Positions 1-10,363 of a stretch of 64,000 bases of DNA are shown piece by piece. This DNA is from an uncultured Alphaproteobacteria bacterium (lineage in GTDB: Bacteria > Pseudomonadota > Alphaproteobacteria > Rhizobiales > Rhizobiaceae), in NCBI GenBank assembly GCA_963820075.1, contig CAWFYS010000006.1:637736-701735 (forward strand). The letters are read 5' to 3'. Positions within the stretch are counted from its first letter, which is position 1. The number at the start of each line of letters is the position of its first letter. The notes under the pieces were generated by a model that ran no database searches, had not been told where the DNA came from, and saw only the letters and a list, made by a program, of their open reading frames with translations. A program made the position numbers and the translations under genes.

Positions 1-719
1 TCGAAGACGGACGCGGTGGTGAAACTGTTTTCGGCCGAAACAAGCCACGCCACCATGCCGGCTGCCTCATCCACCTCGAGAAAACGGCCGCGCGGGATTT
101 TCGCCAGCATGTAGCCGATATGTTCCTGGCTCATCTGATCGAAAATGCGCGTGCGCGCGGCCGCCGGCGTCACGCAGTTAACCGCAATGTCATATCCTGC
201 CAGTTCCTTGCCGAGCGATTTGGTGAGGCCGATGACGGCGGCCTTGGAAGCCGAGTAGGCGCCGGCGTTGGGATTGCCTTCCTTCCCGGCGATGGAAGCA
301 ATGTTGACGATGCGGCCGTAGTTGCGCGCCTTCATTCCCGGCACAACGGCGCGGTTCACATGGAACGCGCCGTTGAGATTGATGTCGATGACACGATGCC
401 AGTCCTCGAGCGGGTAGGCATCCACCGGGAAGTTCGGCCCGGCAATGCCAGCCGAATTGACCAGAATGGACACCGGCCCCGCCGTCTCCTCCGTCTCGGC
501 AAGGGCGGCCTCGACGGCGGCATAGTCCGTTATGTCGACGACCACCGTGAACGCCGCGGGGCCAAGCTCTGCCTTGGCGGCTTGTAGTTGCCCGGCATCC
601 ATGTCCCAGAGGCTGACCCTGGCGCCCGACGCCGCGATTCTCCTGGCAATCGCGAGGCCCAGCCCCTGCGCCCCGCCAGTCACCACCGCGACTCTTCCAG
701 CGAGATCGATGCTGTTCAT
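1..719 (-). CDS. SDR family NAD(P)-dependent oxidoreductase (3' end runs off the window)
   Basis: Not in the ORF track; manual translation from ATG at 719 gives MNSIDLAGRVAVVTGGAQGLG (TGxxxGxG), LVNSAGIAG and YSASK (YxxxK catalytic motif). Confidence 0.9.
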   Translation of the reverse strand, partial: MNSIDLAGRVAVVTGGAQGLGLAIARRIAASGARVSLWDMDAGQLQAAKAELGPAAFTVVVDITDYAAVEAALAETEETAGPVSILVNSAGIAGPNFPVDAYPLEDWHRVIDINLNGAFHVNRAVVPGMKARNYGRIVNIASIAGKEGNPNAGAYSASKAAVIGLTKSLGKELAGYDIAVNCVTPAAARTRIFDQMSQEHIGYMLAKIPRGRFLEVDEAAGMVAWLVSAENSFTTASVF

Positions 720-849
720 GGACCGCTATTCCTTTCGCCTGCTTGCCCGTTGACGGCGTGCAATCCGGCCTGCCGCCACTGTCGCAGTTAGACACAGTAA
801 CGCGGCGAGGCAATCTTGTTGACGGCAAATGCCGGTCCTGACGGATTTG

Positions 850-1158
850 TCAGGGACGCATCCAGGACCGGCTGGGCGTGATGCACTGAACCACGGGGCA
901 AGGGCCGTCGGCCGCCTTGACGCTGCGGTTTACCGGCACCTGGCCGCCAGCGCACATGTGCCGCCTGCCGACATAGGTGTTGTAGAGCATCAGGCCCGGA
1001 ACCTTTTTGGACTCCGACCGCAAAATGGCCTTGCCGTCTCTGTCGAGGGCGGCCTGAATCCGCGCGCAGGACATCCCCGCCATATTGTAGCGTTCAATCG
1101 CGTCGGCCGATCCGGCAAGGAACAGCGTTGACAGGACGGCTAAGCTCAATCGTTTCAT
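850..1158 (-). CDS. Small exported hypothetical protein with 4 Cys
   Basis: Signal peptide MKRLSLAVLSTLFLAGSADA; mature part has four Cys; GAGGG upstream. Confidence 0.7.
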   Translation of the reverse strand: MKRLSLAVLSTLFLAGSADAIERYNMAGMSCARIQAALDRDGKAILRSESKKVPGLMLYNTYVGRRHMCAGGQVPVNRSVKAADGPCPVVQCITPSRSWMRP

Positions 1159-1468
1159 GAGAGCAGACCCTCGTTGCGGTTTTGCCTTCCAGATGCAGGC
1201 TCGACTTCCTCACTTCCTGCCCATATTATGAACGGCCACCGACAGATGTGTGACGGTCCTGGACTATACAGCCATTGTGGCAATGCCTCAGCCGGAAATA
1301 GCCGAAATACTCAAATGCCCGTGTGCTCGAGTGCTCGTGTGCTGGTGAGAAATGTTGCTCAAGGTGCGAACTGTGTCGCCATCGTTCAAGCCGCCTGGCC
1401 TGTGCATAAGTCGCATTGCTACGTCCGACGCATGGGCAGGCGCCACGGCTTGATTTAACCTTCACGTC

Positions 1469-2294
1469 ATGCAGCCGTCCCGCAACATTTCCCGCCTCGT
1501 TGAAATCATGGCCGCGCTGCGCGAACCGGTCACAGGCTGCCCCTGGGACGTCGAGCAGACATTCCGCACGATTGCGCCCTACACGATCGAGGAAGCCTAC
1601 GAGGTTGCGGACGCGATCGCCCGGGCGGACATGGAAGATCTGCGCGAGGAACTCGGCGATCTGTTGCTGCAGGTCGTCTATCACGCGCAAATGGCCGAGG
1701 AAGCCGGCGAGTTCACGTTCGGCGACGTGGTCGAGGCAATCACGCGAAAAATGATCCGGCGTCATCCGCATGTCTTTGGCGACGCCGATGCGCGCAGCGC
1801 CGGCATGGCCAAGGGCATGTGGGAGAAGATCAAGGCCGAGGAAAAGGCCGACAAGCGCGCGGCGAGGCTGGCGCTGGGCCACGACCCCGAGCACAATGGC
1901 AAGGGATTTCTGGACGGCGTCCCGCTCGCCTTTCCGGCGCTTACCCGTGCGCTGAAGCTTCAGGAAAAGGCCGCAAAAGTCGGATTCGATTGGGGCAACG
2001 CCGTCCCGATACTCGACAAGATCGAGGAGGAGATCGCGGAGCTGCGCGAGGCGATCGGTAGCCGGGACAAAGCGGCGGCGCAGGACGAACTTGGCGATCT
2101 GCTGTTTGCGCTGGTCAATCTTGGACGCCATCTCAAGATCGACCCGGAGGCGGCGCTGAGCGGCACGAACGACAAGTTTCGAACGCGGTTCCATTTCGTG
2201 GAACGCGCGTTGCAGGAGGCCGGCAAAACGCTGGAGGACGCCTCGCTCGACGAGATGGAGGCTGCAGTGGCAGCGGGCGAAGTCCGTCCGCTGA
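1469..2294 (+). CDS. mazG: Nucleoside triphosphate pyrophosphohydrolase MazG (apparent +1 indel near 2265)
   Basis: GCPWDVEQT, EEAYEV, EELGDLL, RRHPHVF and a second MazG domain. The conserved C-terminal WQRAK is in the shifted frame, ending at TGA 2292-2294; the ORF track extends to 2371. Confidence 0.92.
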
Positions 2295-2336
2295 TATTCA
2301 GGAGATCCCTGGTGCCGCTTCGTGTCCCTCGAATTG

Positions 2337-3737
2337 TCAGGACGTTGACGGACGTAGAGGCTTTGCCTTGAGGCGGTTCTCGATCTCGGCGCGGGCGGCC
2401 GCCGTGGCCAGCAGGTCGAAGGTGACGCTGCCGTCCTCGTTGTCGGTACGCGAGACGACCTCGCCATTGCTGTAAACCCAGTCCACGAGACCGAGCTGAG
2501 CCGGCTCCAGCGTGACGTGCAGCGCACCGAGGTTTCCCGAAAGCCGTTGCTCGATGAGGGCGGTCAGCCTGTCCATGCCCTCGCCGGTAACGGCCGAGAT
2601 CGGCACCGCGGAGTGCGCGTTGTTCGAAACCTCATCCAGAAGCCGCCGCCGCGCCGCCTCGTCGAGCCTGTCGATCTTGTTCCAGGCTTCGACGATGTGT
2701 TCGCGGTCGGAGGCATCCACACCGAGCTCATCGAGGATGCGCTCGACGTCCTCGGCCTGCGCTGCCGTGTCCGGGTCGGAAATATCGCGCAGGTGGATGA
2801 CGAGATCGGCCTCCACCACCTCTTCCAGCGTGGCACGGAAGGCCGCGACGAGATGGGTCGGCAGATCGGATATGAAGCCGACAGTATCCGACAGGATGAC
2901 AGGGGTTCCGTGCGGAAGACGTACGCGCCTGAGCGTCGGATCGAGGGTGGCAAACAGCATGTCCTCGGCAAGCACGCCGGCACCGGTCAGGCGATTGAAC
3001 AGCGTCGACTTTCCGGCGTTGGTGTAGCCGACGATCGCGACCACCGGAAAAGGCACCTTGCGGCGTTTGGTGCGGTGCAGGTCGCGGGTGCGGCGCACCT
3101 GCTCGAGTTCGCGCTTCAGGCGGATGATCTTGTCCTGAAGCGCGCGCCGGTCGGCCTCGATCTGCGTCTCGCCTGGGCCGCCGAGAAAACCCGCTCCGCC
3201 CCTCTGCCGCTCAAGGTGGGTCCAGCTTCGCACGAGCCGCCCCTTCTGGTAGGACAGATGGGCCAGTTCGACCTGCAGCGCGCCTTCCCTTGTACGGGCG
3301 CGACGACCGAATATCTCAAGGATCAGCCCGGTGCGATCAAGCACCTTGGCCTCGGTCGCCTTCTCCAGGTTGCGCTGCTGCACCGGCGTCAGCGGGTGAT
3401 CGACAATCAGCAGACCCGCACGCGTTTCGCGGATAATCTCCGCCAACTCTTCGACCTTGCCGCTGCCAAGCAAGGTGGCCGGACGCGGATCGTTGACGGT
3501 GACCGCCGCCAAATGAGTGACGTCGAGATCGATAGCCGCCGCCAGCCCGGCCGCTTCCTCCAGCCGCGCCTCGGCGGACCGGGTAAGGCGTGGCCGATTG
3601 CGGTCGTCGCCGCGCGCCTCTTGCAGTATCGGTACGACGACAACCGCGCGCATTGCCTCGCCGCCCCCGGAGGAACTGGAAGCCTTCTGGCCCTTGCCGG
3701 CGGGTGCCGGGGCGTTCGCGGGAGCGTTTTTGGTCAA
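2337..3737 (-). CDS. hflX: GTPase HflX
   Basis: GYTNAGKS (G1), DTVGF (G3), NKID (G4), GPGETQIEADRR; directly follows hfq. Confidence 0.97.
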   Translation of the reverse strand: MTKNAPANAPAPAGKGQKASSSSGGGEAMRAVVVVPILQEARGDDRNRPRLTRSAEARLEEAAGLAAAIDLDVTHLAAVTVNDPRPATLLGSGKVEELAEIIRETRAGLLIVDHPLTPVQQRNLEKATEAKVLDRTGLILEIFGRRARTREGALQVELAHLSYQKGRLVRSWTHLERQRGGAGFLGGPGETQIEADRRALQDKIIRLKRELEQVRRTRDLHRTKRRKVPFPVVAIVGYTNAGKSTLFNRLTGAGVLAEDMLFATLDPTLRRVRLPHGTPVILSDTVGFISDLPTHLVAAFRATLEEVVEADLVIHLRDISDPDTAAQAEDVERILDELGVDASDREHIVEAWNKIDRLDEAARRRLLDEVSNNAHSAVPISAVTGEGMDRLTALIEQRLSGNLGALHVTLEPAQLGLVDWVYSNGEVVSRTDNEDGSVTFDLLATAAARAEIENRLKAKPLRPSTS

Positions 3738-3986
3738 TCAGGAGCCTTGGCCACCGTCTTCGACGTCGAACATCTGCACCGGCTGGCTGGGCATGATCGT
3801 GGAGATCGCATGCTTGTAGACGAGTTGCGAATGTCCGTCGCGACGTAGAAGGACGCAGAAATTGTCAAACGAAGTTACCACACCGGTCAGCTTTACGCCG
3901 TTGATAAGGAAAATCGTGAGTGGATTCTTGCTCTTGCGAACCGAATTCAGGAACAGGTCCTGAAGATTCTGCGATCGTTCCGCCAT
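3738..3986 (-). CDS. hfq: RNA chaperone Hfq
   Basis: QNLQDLFLN...[11 protein letters not shown]...FDNF...[10 protein letters not shown] Sm motifs. Confidence 0.99.
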   Translation of the reverse strand: MAERSQNLQDLFLNSVRKSKNPLTIFLINGVKLTGVVTSFDNFCVLLRRDGHSQLVYKHAISTIMPSQPVQMFDVEDGGQGS

Positions 3987-4132
3987 GGTCTTTTTCTTTC
4001 GCAGGTCCCCTCGGAAATGCAGGCCAGTGCGCCAAAATTACCCGCACGTGTCAAGCGCGCATTATCCCGCCCATGCCCGGTATCGGACAAGTGCAGTGAG
4101 ACAGATTAATGTTGACTACAGTGTCGCGGTTA

Positions 4133-4996
4133 TCAGGCCGGGCGCTTTTCCGCAACGTCAAAAAAGGCGGCGCGCAGCGAAAGCGCCACGGACCCCGGAT
4201 GGCCGTTGGCCACCGGCGCGCCATCGATTGCCACCACCGGCGTGACCACGCTGGTCGCCGAGGTGATGAAGGCCTCGCGCGCGCGCTTGGCCTCGTCGAC
4301 CGTGAAGTTGCGCTCGTCGATTTGCAGCCCAAGCCGTTTGGCGACTTCGAACAAAGTCGTGCGCGTAATGCCTCGCAGGATCCCGTGCTCCGCCGGACGC
4401 GTCACCAGCACGCCATCATTCGTAACGATCCACGCGTTGGTCGACGCGCCCTCCTTGACCGTTCCATCCGGATCGACGAACCATGCCTCCATGGCGCCTG
4501 CAAGCTTGGCGGTCTGCCGGGCAAGCACATTCGGCAGCAGTCCGATCGTCTTGATGTCGACGCGCTCCCACCGATTCTCAGGCACGGTCACGATCTTGAC
4601 GCCGGCCTCGGCGCGCCTGGCGATCACTTCGGGATCGAGACGTTTGGCCGTCACCACGATCGACGGCCGCACGGCCGGCGACGGAAAATAGTGGTCACGC
4701 GGCGCCACGCCGCGCGTTACCTGGAGATAGACGAGGCCACTGCGGACACGATTGCGGCGCACAACCTCGTGCATGACGATCTCGAGGGCTGAACGGTGCA
4801 TCGGCCAGTCGATGGAGAGCTCATGCAGAGACCGGCCGAGGCGGTCGAGGTGACGCGTCATGTCGATGATATAGCCGCGCGCGACCTCGCACACCTCGTA
4901 AACACCGTCCGCGAACTGGTAGCCGCGATCCTCCACATGCACGAAGGCATCCGCGTGCGCGACATAGCGACCGTTCACATAGGCTGCGCGCGGCAT
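4133..4996 (-). CDS. dat: D-amino-acid transaminase (class IV aminotransferase)
   Basis: EDRGYQFADGVYE, DIKTIGLL (PLP Lys), EGASTN, ILRGITR. Confidence 0.9.
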   Translation of the reverse strand: MPRAAYVNGRYVAHADAFVHVEDRGYQFADGVYEVCEVARGYIIDMTRHLDRLGRSLHELSIDWPMHRSALEIVMHEVVRRNRVRSGLVYLQVTRGVAPRDHYFPSPAVRPSIVVTAKRLDPEVIARRAEAGVKIVTVPENRWERVDIKTIGLLPNVLARQTAKLAGAMEAWFVDPDGTVKEGASTNAWIVTNDGVLVTRPAEHGILRGITRTTLFEVAKRLGLQIDERNFTVDEAKRAREAFITSATSVVTPVVAIDGAPVANGHPGSVALSLRAAFFDVAEKRPA

Positions 4997-5013
4997 CTTA
5001 CCTCCGAGGTTCT

Positions 5014-5058
5014 AAGCAGGTTCCGGAAAACCGTGACACACTTTTCCGAAACCTGCTT
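5014..5058. repeat. Palindromic intergenic repeat (short copy of the MITE/REP-like family at 52.4-53.3 kb)
   Basis: AAGCAGGTTCCGGAAAA-CCGTGACACAC-TTTTCCGAAACCTGCTT hairpin; core nearly identical to 53043-53078. Confidence 0.8.
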
Positions 5059-5131
5059 GCCGGATTCAGCTCGGCGGGCGACAGAGCGGCGTGCCCGCGG
5101 AATGTCGAACGGTCCAAGAAGCCTGCCGCCA

Positions 5132-6508
5132 TCAGAAGAACTCGAGGCTGACGCGAAACATCTGTTCGACCTGCTTGACGGCCTTTTCCAATGCGAAGAT
5201 GACGACGCGATCCTTCGACTTGATCCGCAATGATCCGCTTGGCTTGATCACGGCTCCGTCGCGATAGACGGCGCCGATGCGCATGCCGTCCGGCAGATCG
5301 AGGTCGCGCAGGGTCACGCCCACCAGCGGGGATGTGTCCATCGCCTCCGCCTCGATGACCTCGGCGCCGCCGCACTGCAGACTTTGAACGGCGCGGATTC
5401 GCCCCCGCCGCACATGCTGCAGCACGCGCGAGACGGTCACAGCGCCCGGATTGACCGTGGCGTCTATGCCGACCGACTTCGTCATGTCGAGGAAACTCGG
5501 ATTGTTGATGAGCGCGAGGTTCGACTTGCAGCCGAGCCGCTTCGCCATGACGCTCGACAGAATGTTCACCTGATCGCTGTTGGTCAGCGCGACCATCAGC
5601 TCGGCATCGTGAATGTCGGCTTCCATCAGAAGGCGCTGGTCGAGCGCGCTGCCGTTGAGCACCACCGTCCGGCGCAGCAAATCGGCGACGGCAACCGCAC
5701 GGTCGCGATTCATTTCGATGATCTTGACCTTGGTCCGGCTCTGCCTCTGCTCGATCGTGCGCGCGACGAAGAGGCCTATGTTGCCGCCGCCGGCAACCAC
5801 GATGCGCGTCGCCTCCTGCTCCTCATGGCCGAACAGGCCCATGGTGCGGCGAACCTGCTCGCTGGTCGCCACGACATAGGCGACGTCGCCCACGAAAAGC
5901 TGGTCCTCGGAATGCGGGATGAACAGTTTTCCGCCACGGCTCACACCCGCGACAATCGCGGGCAGGTCCGGGAAGAGCTGGCTGAGTTGCGCCAGCGGCG
6001 TATTGATGACCGGACAGTCCTCGAGACACTCGATCGCCACCACCGAGATCTTGTTGTCGGCGAACCGCATGACGTCGATGGCGCCAGGCAGTTCAATGCG
6101 CCGCAACACCATCTCGCCGACTTCCAGTTCCGGTGAAATGATGACGTCTATCGGCAGGTGCTCGCGCGAGAACAGGTCCTGATAGTGCGGCTGCAAATAT
6201 GATTGGGCCCGCAGCCGGGCGATCTTCATGGGCACGTTGAACAGCGCATGCGCGACCTCGCACGCAACGATGTTGACCTCATCATGCAGGGTCACCGCAA
6301 TGATCATGTCGGCCTGCTGCGCGCCGGCCTTTTCGAGCACGTCGGGATGCGACCCATGGCCGACGAAGCCGTGCACGTCCAGCGCGTCGCGCACCGACCG
6401 GATCAGATCCGGCGACGTGTCGATTATGGAAACGTCGTTCTTCTCGGCGGCCAGGCGCTCGGCAATGCCATATCCGACCTGCCCCGCCCCACAGATTATG
6501 ACACGCAT
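5132..6508 (-). CDS. trkA: Trk system potassium transporter NAD-binding subunit TrkA
   Basis: Two RCK_N domains (GAGQVG; GGGNIG) and RCK_C domains, 458 aa. Confidence 0.96.
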   Translation of the reverse strand: MRVIICGAGQVGYGIAERLAAEKNDVSIIDTSPDLIRSVRDALDVHGFVGHGSHPDVLEKAGAQQADMIIAVTLHDEVNIVACEVAHALFNVPMKIARLRAQSYLQPHYQDLFSREHLPIDVIISPELEVGEMVLRRIELPGAIDVMRFADNKISVVAIECLEDCPVINTPLAQLSQLFPDLPAIVAGVSRGGKLFIPHSEDQLFVGDVAYVVATSEQVRRTMGLFGHEEQEATRIVVAGGGNIGLFVARTIEQRQSRTKVKIIEMNRDRAVAVADLLRRTVVLNGSALDQRLLMEADIHDAELMVALTNSDQVNILSSVMAKRLGCKSNLALINNPSFLDMTKSVGIDATVNPGAVTVSRVLQHVRRGRIRAVQSLQCGGAEVIEAEAMDTSPLVGVTLRDLDLPDGMRIGAVYRDGAVIKPSGSLRIKSKDRVVIFALEKAVKQVEQMFRVSLEFF

Positions 6509-6543
6509 TCAAAGACCACTGAACAGCGAAAGGCCGCTCGTCA

Positions 6544-7905
6544 TCAGACCCCCAGCGACTTGAGCTTGCGATGAAGCGCGGAGCGCTCCATACCGATAAA
6601 TTCGGCCGTACGCGAGATGTTGCCGCCGAACCGGTTGATCTGGGCGACCAGATATTCCTTTTCGAACATTTCGCGCGCCTCGCGCAGCGGCAGCGCCATG
6701 ATGTGGTGGTCGGACTGGTTCGGCGCGCGCGGCATGACATCGCCGATTTCGGACGGCAGCAGGTCCGCCGTGATGGGCGCTTCCACATCGTCGCCGCGCA
6801 CCAGGATCATCAGCCGTTCGACATTGTTGCGAAGCTGACGGACATTGCCCGGCCAGTTGTGCGCCTGCAAAACGGCCATCGCGTCGTCGGCGATCCGGCG
6901 CGGCTTGATGCCCGCGTTGCGGGCGACCTGCTTCATGAAGCTGTCAACGAGATAGGGGATGTCCTCGCGGCGCTCGGCGAGCCCGGGAACCAGCACCGGC
7001 ACCACCGCCAAACGGTGATAGAGGTCCTCGCGGAACCTGCCTTCCGCGATCAAGCCCTCGAGGTTTTGGGCGGTGGACGAGAGGATGCGAACGTCGACCC
7101 TCACCCGTTTGGTTCCCCCGACCCGCTCGAATTGCTGCTCCACGAGCACGCGCAGGATCTTCGCCTGGGTCTCGCGCGGCATATCGGCAATTTCGTCCAG
7201 ATAAAGTATGCCGCGATGCGCCTCTTCGAGAGCTCCGACCTTGCGTTCGGTGCCGTTCGATTCGGTGCCGAACAGCTCGATTTCCATGCGCTCGGGTGTG
7301 ATCGTGGCGGCGTTCAGCGACACGAACGGCCCGGTCTTGCGCGCCGAACTGGCGTGAATGGCGCGGGCCACCTGCTCCTTGCCGGAGCCGGACGGGCCGA
7401 TGATCATGACGCGGCTGTTGGTCGGCGCGACGCGCTCGATGGTCTGGCGGAGCTGGCTCATCGCCGACGACATGCCGATGAGATCGAACGTCTCGGCGCT
7501 TCGATTGCGCAATTCCGAGACTTCGCGCTTCAGCTTCGATGTCTCCAGTGCGCGATCCGCGACCAGGATAAGCCGATCGGCCTTGAATGGCTTCTCGATG
7601 AAATCATAGGCGCCGCGGCGGATCGCGGATACGGCCGTCTCGATATTGCCGTGGCCGGATATCATCACAACCGGAAGGTTGGGGTGCATGACCTTGATCT
7701 CGTCGAGCAGCGCAAGGCCGTCGAGACGCGATCCCTGCAGCCAGATATCCAGGAAAACCAGACGCGGCACGCGATCCGCGATCGCCGCCAGCGCGCTGTC
7801 GGCGTCGTGGGCCATGCGCGTCTCGTGACCTTCATCGCTCAAAATACCCGCGACAAGCTCGCGAATGTCTTCTTCGTCATCTACGACAAGTATATCAGAG
7901 GGCAT
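6544..7905 (-). CDS. ntrX: Response regulator NtrX
   Basis: Receiver (LDIWL), AAA+ with GPSGSGKE and no GAFTGA (typical of NtrX), Fis HTH; follows ntrY. Confidence 0.96.
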   Translation of the reverse strand: MPSDILVVDDEEDIRELVAGILSDEGHETRMAHDADSALAAIADRVPRLVFLDIWLQGSRLDGLALLDEIKVMHPNLPVVMISGHGNIETAVSAIRRGAYDFIEKPFKADRLILVADRALETSKLKREVSELRNRSAETFDLIGMSSAMSQLRQTIERVAPTNSRVMIIGPSGSGKEQVARAIHASSARKTGPFVSLNAATITPERMEIELFGTESNGTERKVGALEEAHRGILYLDEIADMPRETQAKILRVLVEQQFERVGGTKRVRVDVRILSSTAQNLEGLIAEGRFREDLYHRLAVVPVLVPGLAERREDIPYLVDSFMKQVARNAGIKPRRIADDAMAVLQAHNWPGNVRQLRNNVERLMILVRGDDVEAPITADLLPSEIGDVMPRAPNQSDHHIMALPLREAREMFEKEYLVAQINRFGGNISRTAEFIGMERSALHRKLKSLGV

Positions 7906-10189
7906 TGCCGACCTTTTCAGTCTCTCGCTGTTTTCCCGAGGAAATATCCTTTGGCTTCGTTTCGCCGTCGGCCGGGCCAGCAGGGAAGAACAGGCTTACC
8001 ATTGCTCCCCTGCCGCCGTGAAACTCCGCCGGTGCATCGTGGAGTTCCAGCCTCCCGCCATGGTCCTCGACGATCTTCTTGACAATGGCAAGGCCAAGTC
8101 CCGTGCCTTTTTCCCGCGTCGTCATGTAGGGCTCCAGCAGCCGCTGCCTGTTCTCGCGGGGCAGCCCCTTGCCGTTGTCGATCACGTCGACGCGTATCAT
8201 GCCGCCTTCGTATCGAGCTACGACCCGGACGACGCCGGTCTCGCCGGCGACGCGCTCGGCCGCATCAATCGCTTCGGTGGCGTTCTTGATGAGGTTTCCG
8301 AGGGCCTGCGCCAGCAAGCGGCTGTCGAATCTTCCCTTGAGCGCCTCCCCGCCATAATTCCGTTCGAACACGATATCGGAGCGGCTGACTTCGATCAGGA
8401 ACGACGCCTCGCGCAATAATTCGCGCAGGTCGATCTCCTTCATCACCGGCTTCGGCATGCGCGCGAAAGCGGAGAACTCGTCGACCATGCGGCCAATATC
8501 GCCGACCTGGCGGATGATGGTATCGGTGCACTGGTCGAAAATCTCGCGGTCCTCGACGATCACCTTGCCGAAGCGGCGGCGAATGCGCTCGGCCGACAGC
8601 TGGATCGGCGTCAGGGGGTTCTTGATCTCGTGGGCAATGCGCCGGGCAACGTCGGCCCATGCGGACGTACGCTGCGCGGTCACGAGATCGGTGATGTCGT
8701 CGACGGTGACAACGAACGACTTTTCCACCGCGTCCTGGTCGGCGCGCTCGTGCGTAACCTGCACATTGAAGGTCCGCTCCGTTCCGGCGCGGAAAAACGT
8801 GACCTGCTCGCGATACACCGGCTTTCCGGAGCCTCGGCCGATCTCGAATACCTTTCCGACATGCGGGAGAAGCTTGGACAGATTTTGCCCGACACTTTCC
8901 CGGGCCGAGATGGCGAGCATCAGTTCAGCCGACCGGTTGACGATGTTTATGACACCGTTCGGATCGACACCGATGACGCCGGCCGTGACGCCTTCCAGCA
9001 CGGCTTCCGAAAAGCGCCTTCGCTCGTCGATGAGATCCTTGGCGGACAGGATCTCGTTGCGCTGCGACTTGAGCTGCAGGATCATCTTGTTGAAGGTATC
9101 GCCGAGCGAAGCGACGTCGCCGTCGGATGCCCGGACAGGCACCGCCACATCAAGATTGCCCGTCGCTACCTCGTCCGCCGCCCCGATCAACTGGCGAATC
9201 GGCCGCACCAGCCTGTCGGCGACCGCGATGCCGGTCCAGATCGCGGCAAGCACGATCACCAGCGTCACGCCGAGATAGAGCAGTGCGAAGGCAATCTGCG
9301 TCGTCCGGCGGTTCGCCTCAAGTCCCCGATAGGCATCGGTATTCGCCGTGACGATCTGGCGAGCCCGGATCACTTGCGGATCGACCAGCCGGATCGTGTA
9401 GAGATAGGTGTCATCGAACTCGCGCAGCTTCACGACGGCGCCCACAATGTTGCGCGTACGCGGTTCGATCAGCACCGGCTTGCCGTCGGCCGCGGTCTGG
9501 ACCGCCTCGATCGGTACTTCCGGCATGTCGAAATCAGCGGCTGTCTGCGCCGTCATGATAAAGGAGCCGTCCGAGCGGATCAGAGCCGCATGGGCCAGCG
9601 CGCGACCGACCGCCTGCTGGCTCATGAAATCGCGAAAGCCGGTCCGGTCCAAATTGTAGAGTGTGCGCGCATTGGCCAAATCATAAGCCATCGACAGGGT
9701 CGTGCCCTGCAGATTGCGTGCATTCTCTAGCACATACGCCTCCGCGATCGACAGCGATGAGCTTACGATCGTCTTGGTGCGGATCTCGAACCACCGGTCG
9801 AGGCCGACATCCAGCGTGATCGAGGCGAAGATAGCGACGATGATCGCTGGTATGGCCGCCACCGCGGAAAACATCGCGACAATGCGCACATGCAGGCGAG
9901 ACGCCGCCTTGCCGTGCTTGCGCGCCGCGAGGATGCGACGCACCTCGCGCACGATCAGCCCGATGAGGAAGACCACGAACGCGGCGTTGATACCGATGAT
10001 CAGTGCCAGCGTCCGCGTGTTGTCGGGAACGATCGGCGTGGCGCCGACCAGCACGGCGAAGGAGAGGCCGGCGGTTACGAGTGCTCCGACGACGGCGATG
10101 ATGCCGGTCAGGGCAAGCAGCCGCCGTCCCTCGAATGCGCGCGCATTCGGGAAAATAGGCGCGGGTGCGGCCGGTATGTTAATCGCCAT
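7895..10189 (-). CDS. ntrY: Sensor histidine kinase NtrY
   Basis: TM segments, [27 protein letters not shown]-box, HATPase; start placed at MAINIP. Confidence 0.95.
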   Translation of the reverse strand: MAINIPAAPAPIFPNARAFEGRRLLALTGIIAVVGALVTAGLSFAVLVGATPIVPDNTRTLALIIGINAAFVVFLIGLIVREVRRILAARKHGKAASRLHVRIVAMFSAVAAIPAIIVAIFASITLDVGLDRWFEIRTKTIVSSSLSIAEAYVLENARNLQGTTLSMAYDLANARTLYNLDRTGFRDFMSQQAVGRALAHAALIRSDGSFIMTAQTAADFDMPEVPIEAVQTAADGKPVLIEPRTRNIVGAVVKLREFDDTYLYTIRLVDPQVIRARQIVTANTDAYRGLEANRRTTQIAFALLYLGVTLVIVLAAIWTGIAVADRLVRPIRQLIGAADEVATGNLDVAVPVRASDGDVASLGDTFNKMILQLKSQRNEILSAKDLIDERRRFSEAVLEGVTAGVIGVDPNGVINIVNRSAELMLAISARESVGQNLSKLLPHVGKVFEIGRGSGKPVYREQVTFFRAGTERTFNVQVTHERADQDAVEKSFVVTVDDITDLVTAQRTSAWADVARRIAHEIKNPLTPIQLSAERIRRRFGKVIVEDREIFDQCTDTIIRQVGDIGRMVDEFSAFARMPKPVMKEIDLRELLREASFLIEVSRSDIVFERNYGGEALKGRFDSRLLAQALGNLIKNATEAIDAAERVAGETGVVRVVARYEGGMIRVDVIDNGKGLPRENRQRLLEPYMTTREKGTGLGLAIVKKIVEDHGGRLELHDAPAEFHGGRGAMVSLFFPAGPADGETKPKDISSGKQRETEKVGNAL

Positions 10190-10363
10190 TCTGCCAGCTT
10201 CGATCCTAAACGAATCCGATCTATGCAACGCATTGTGGCGATTATGCAACAAAAGCGCCCCGCATGGCAGCCATCTTCCGCAATTAATGACCCCAGGACG
10301 GAATTCCAAGCCGGCTTGCGTTGCCTCGCCCGCTTAGCTTCCCTTTTGGCGCGGGAAACGGAC

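Noticed and set aside
2295-2371. Convergent overlap of mazG with hflX
   Set aside because: Disappears when the mazG indel is corrected (stop at 2294).
6544-7905. NtrX lacking GAFTGA
   Set aside because: Normal for alphaproteobacterial NtrX.
10232-10249. Shared GCCACA-containing motif upstream of ntrY, the porin (~38385) and ORF 850-1158 (~1276)
   Set aside because: Only a 6-bp half-site is common to all three; too weak to call without statistics.
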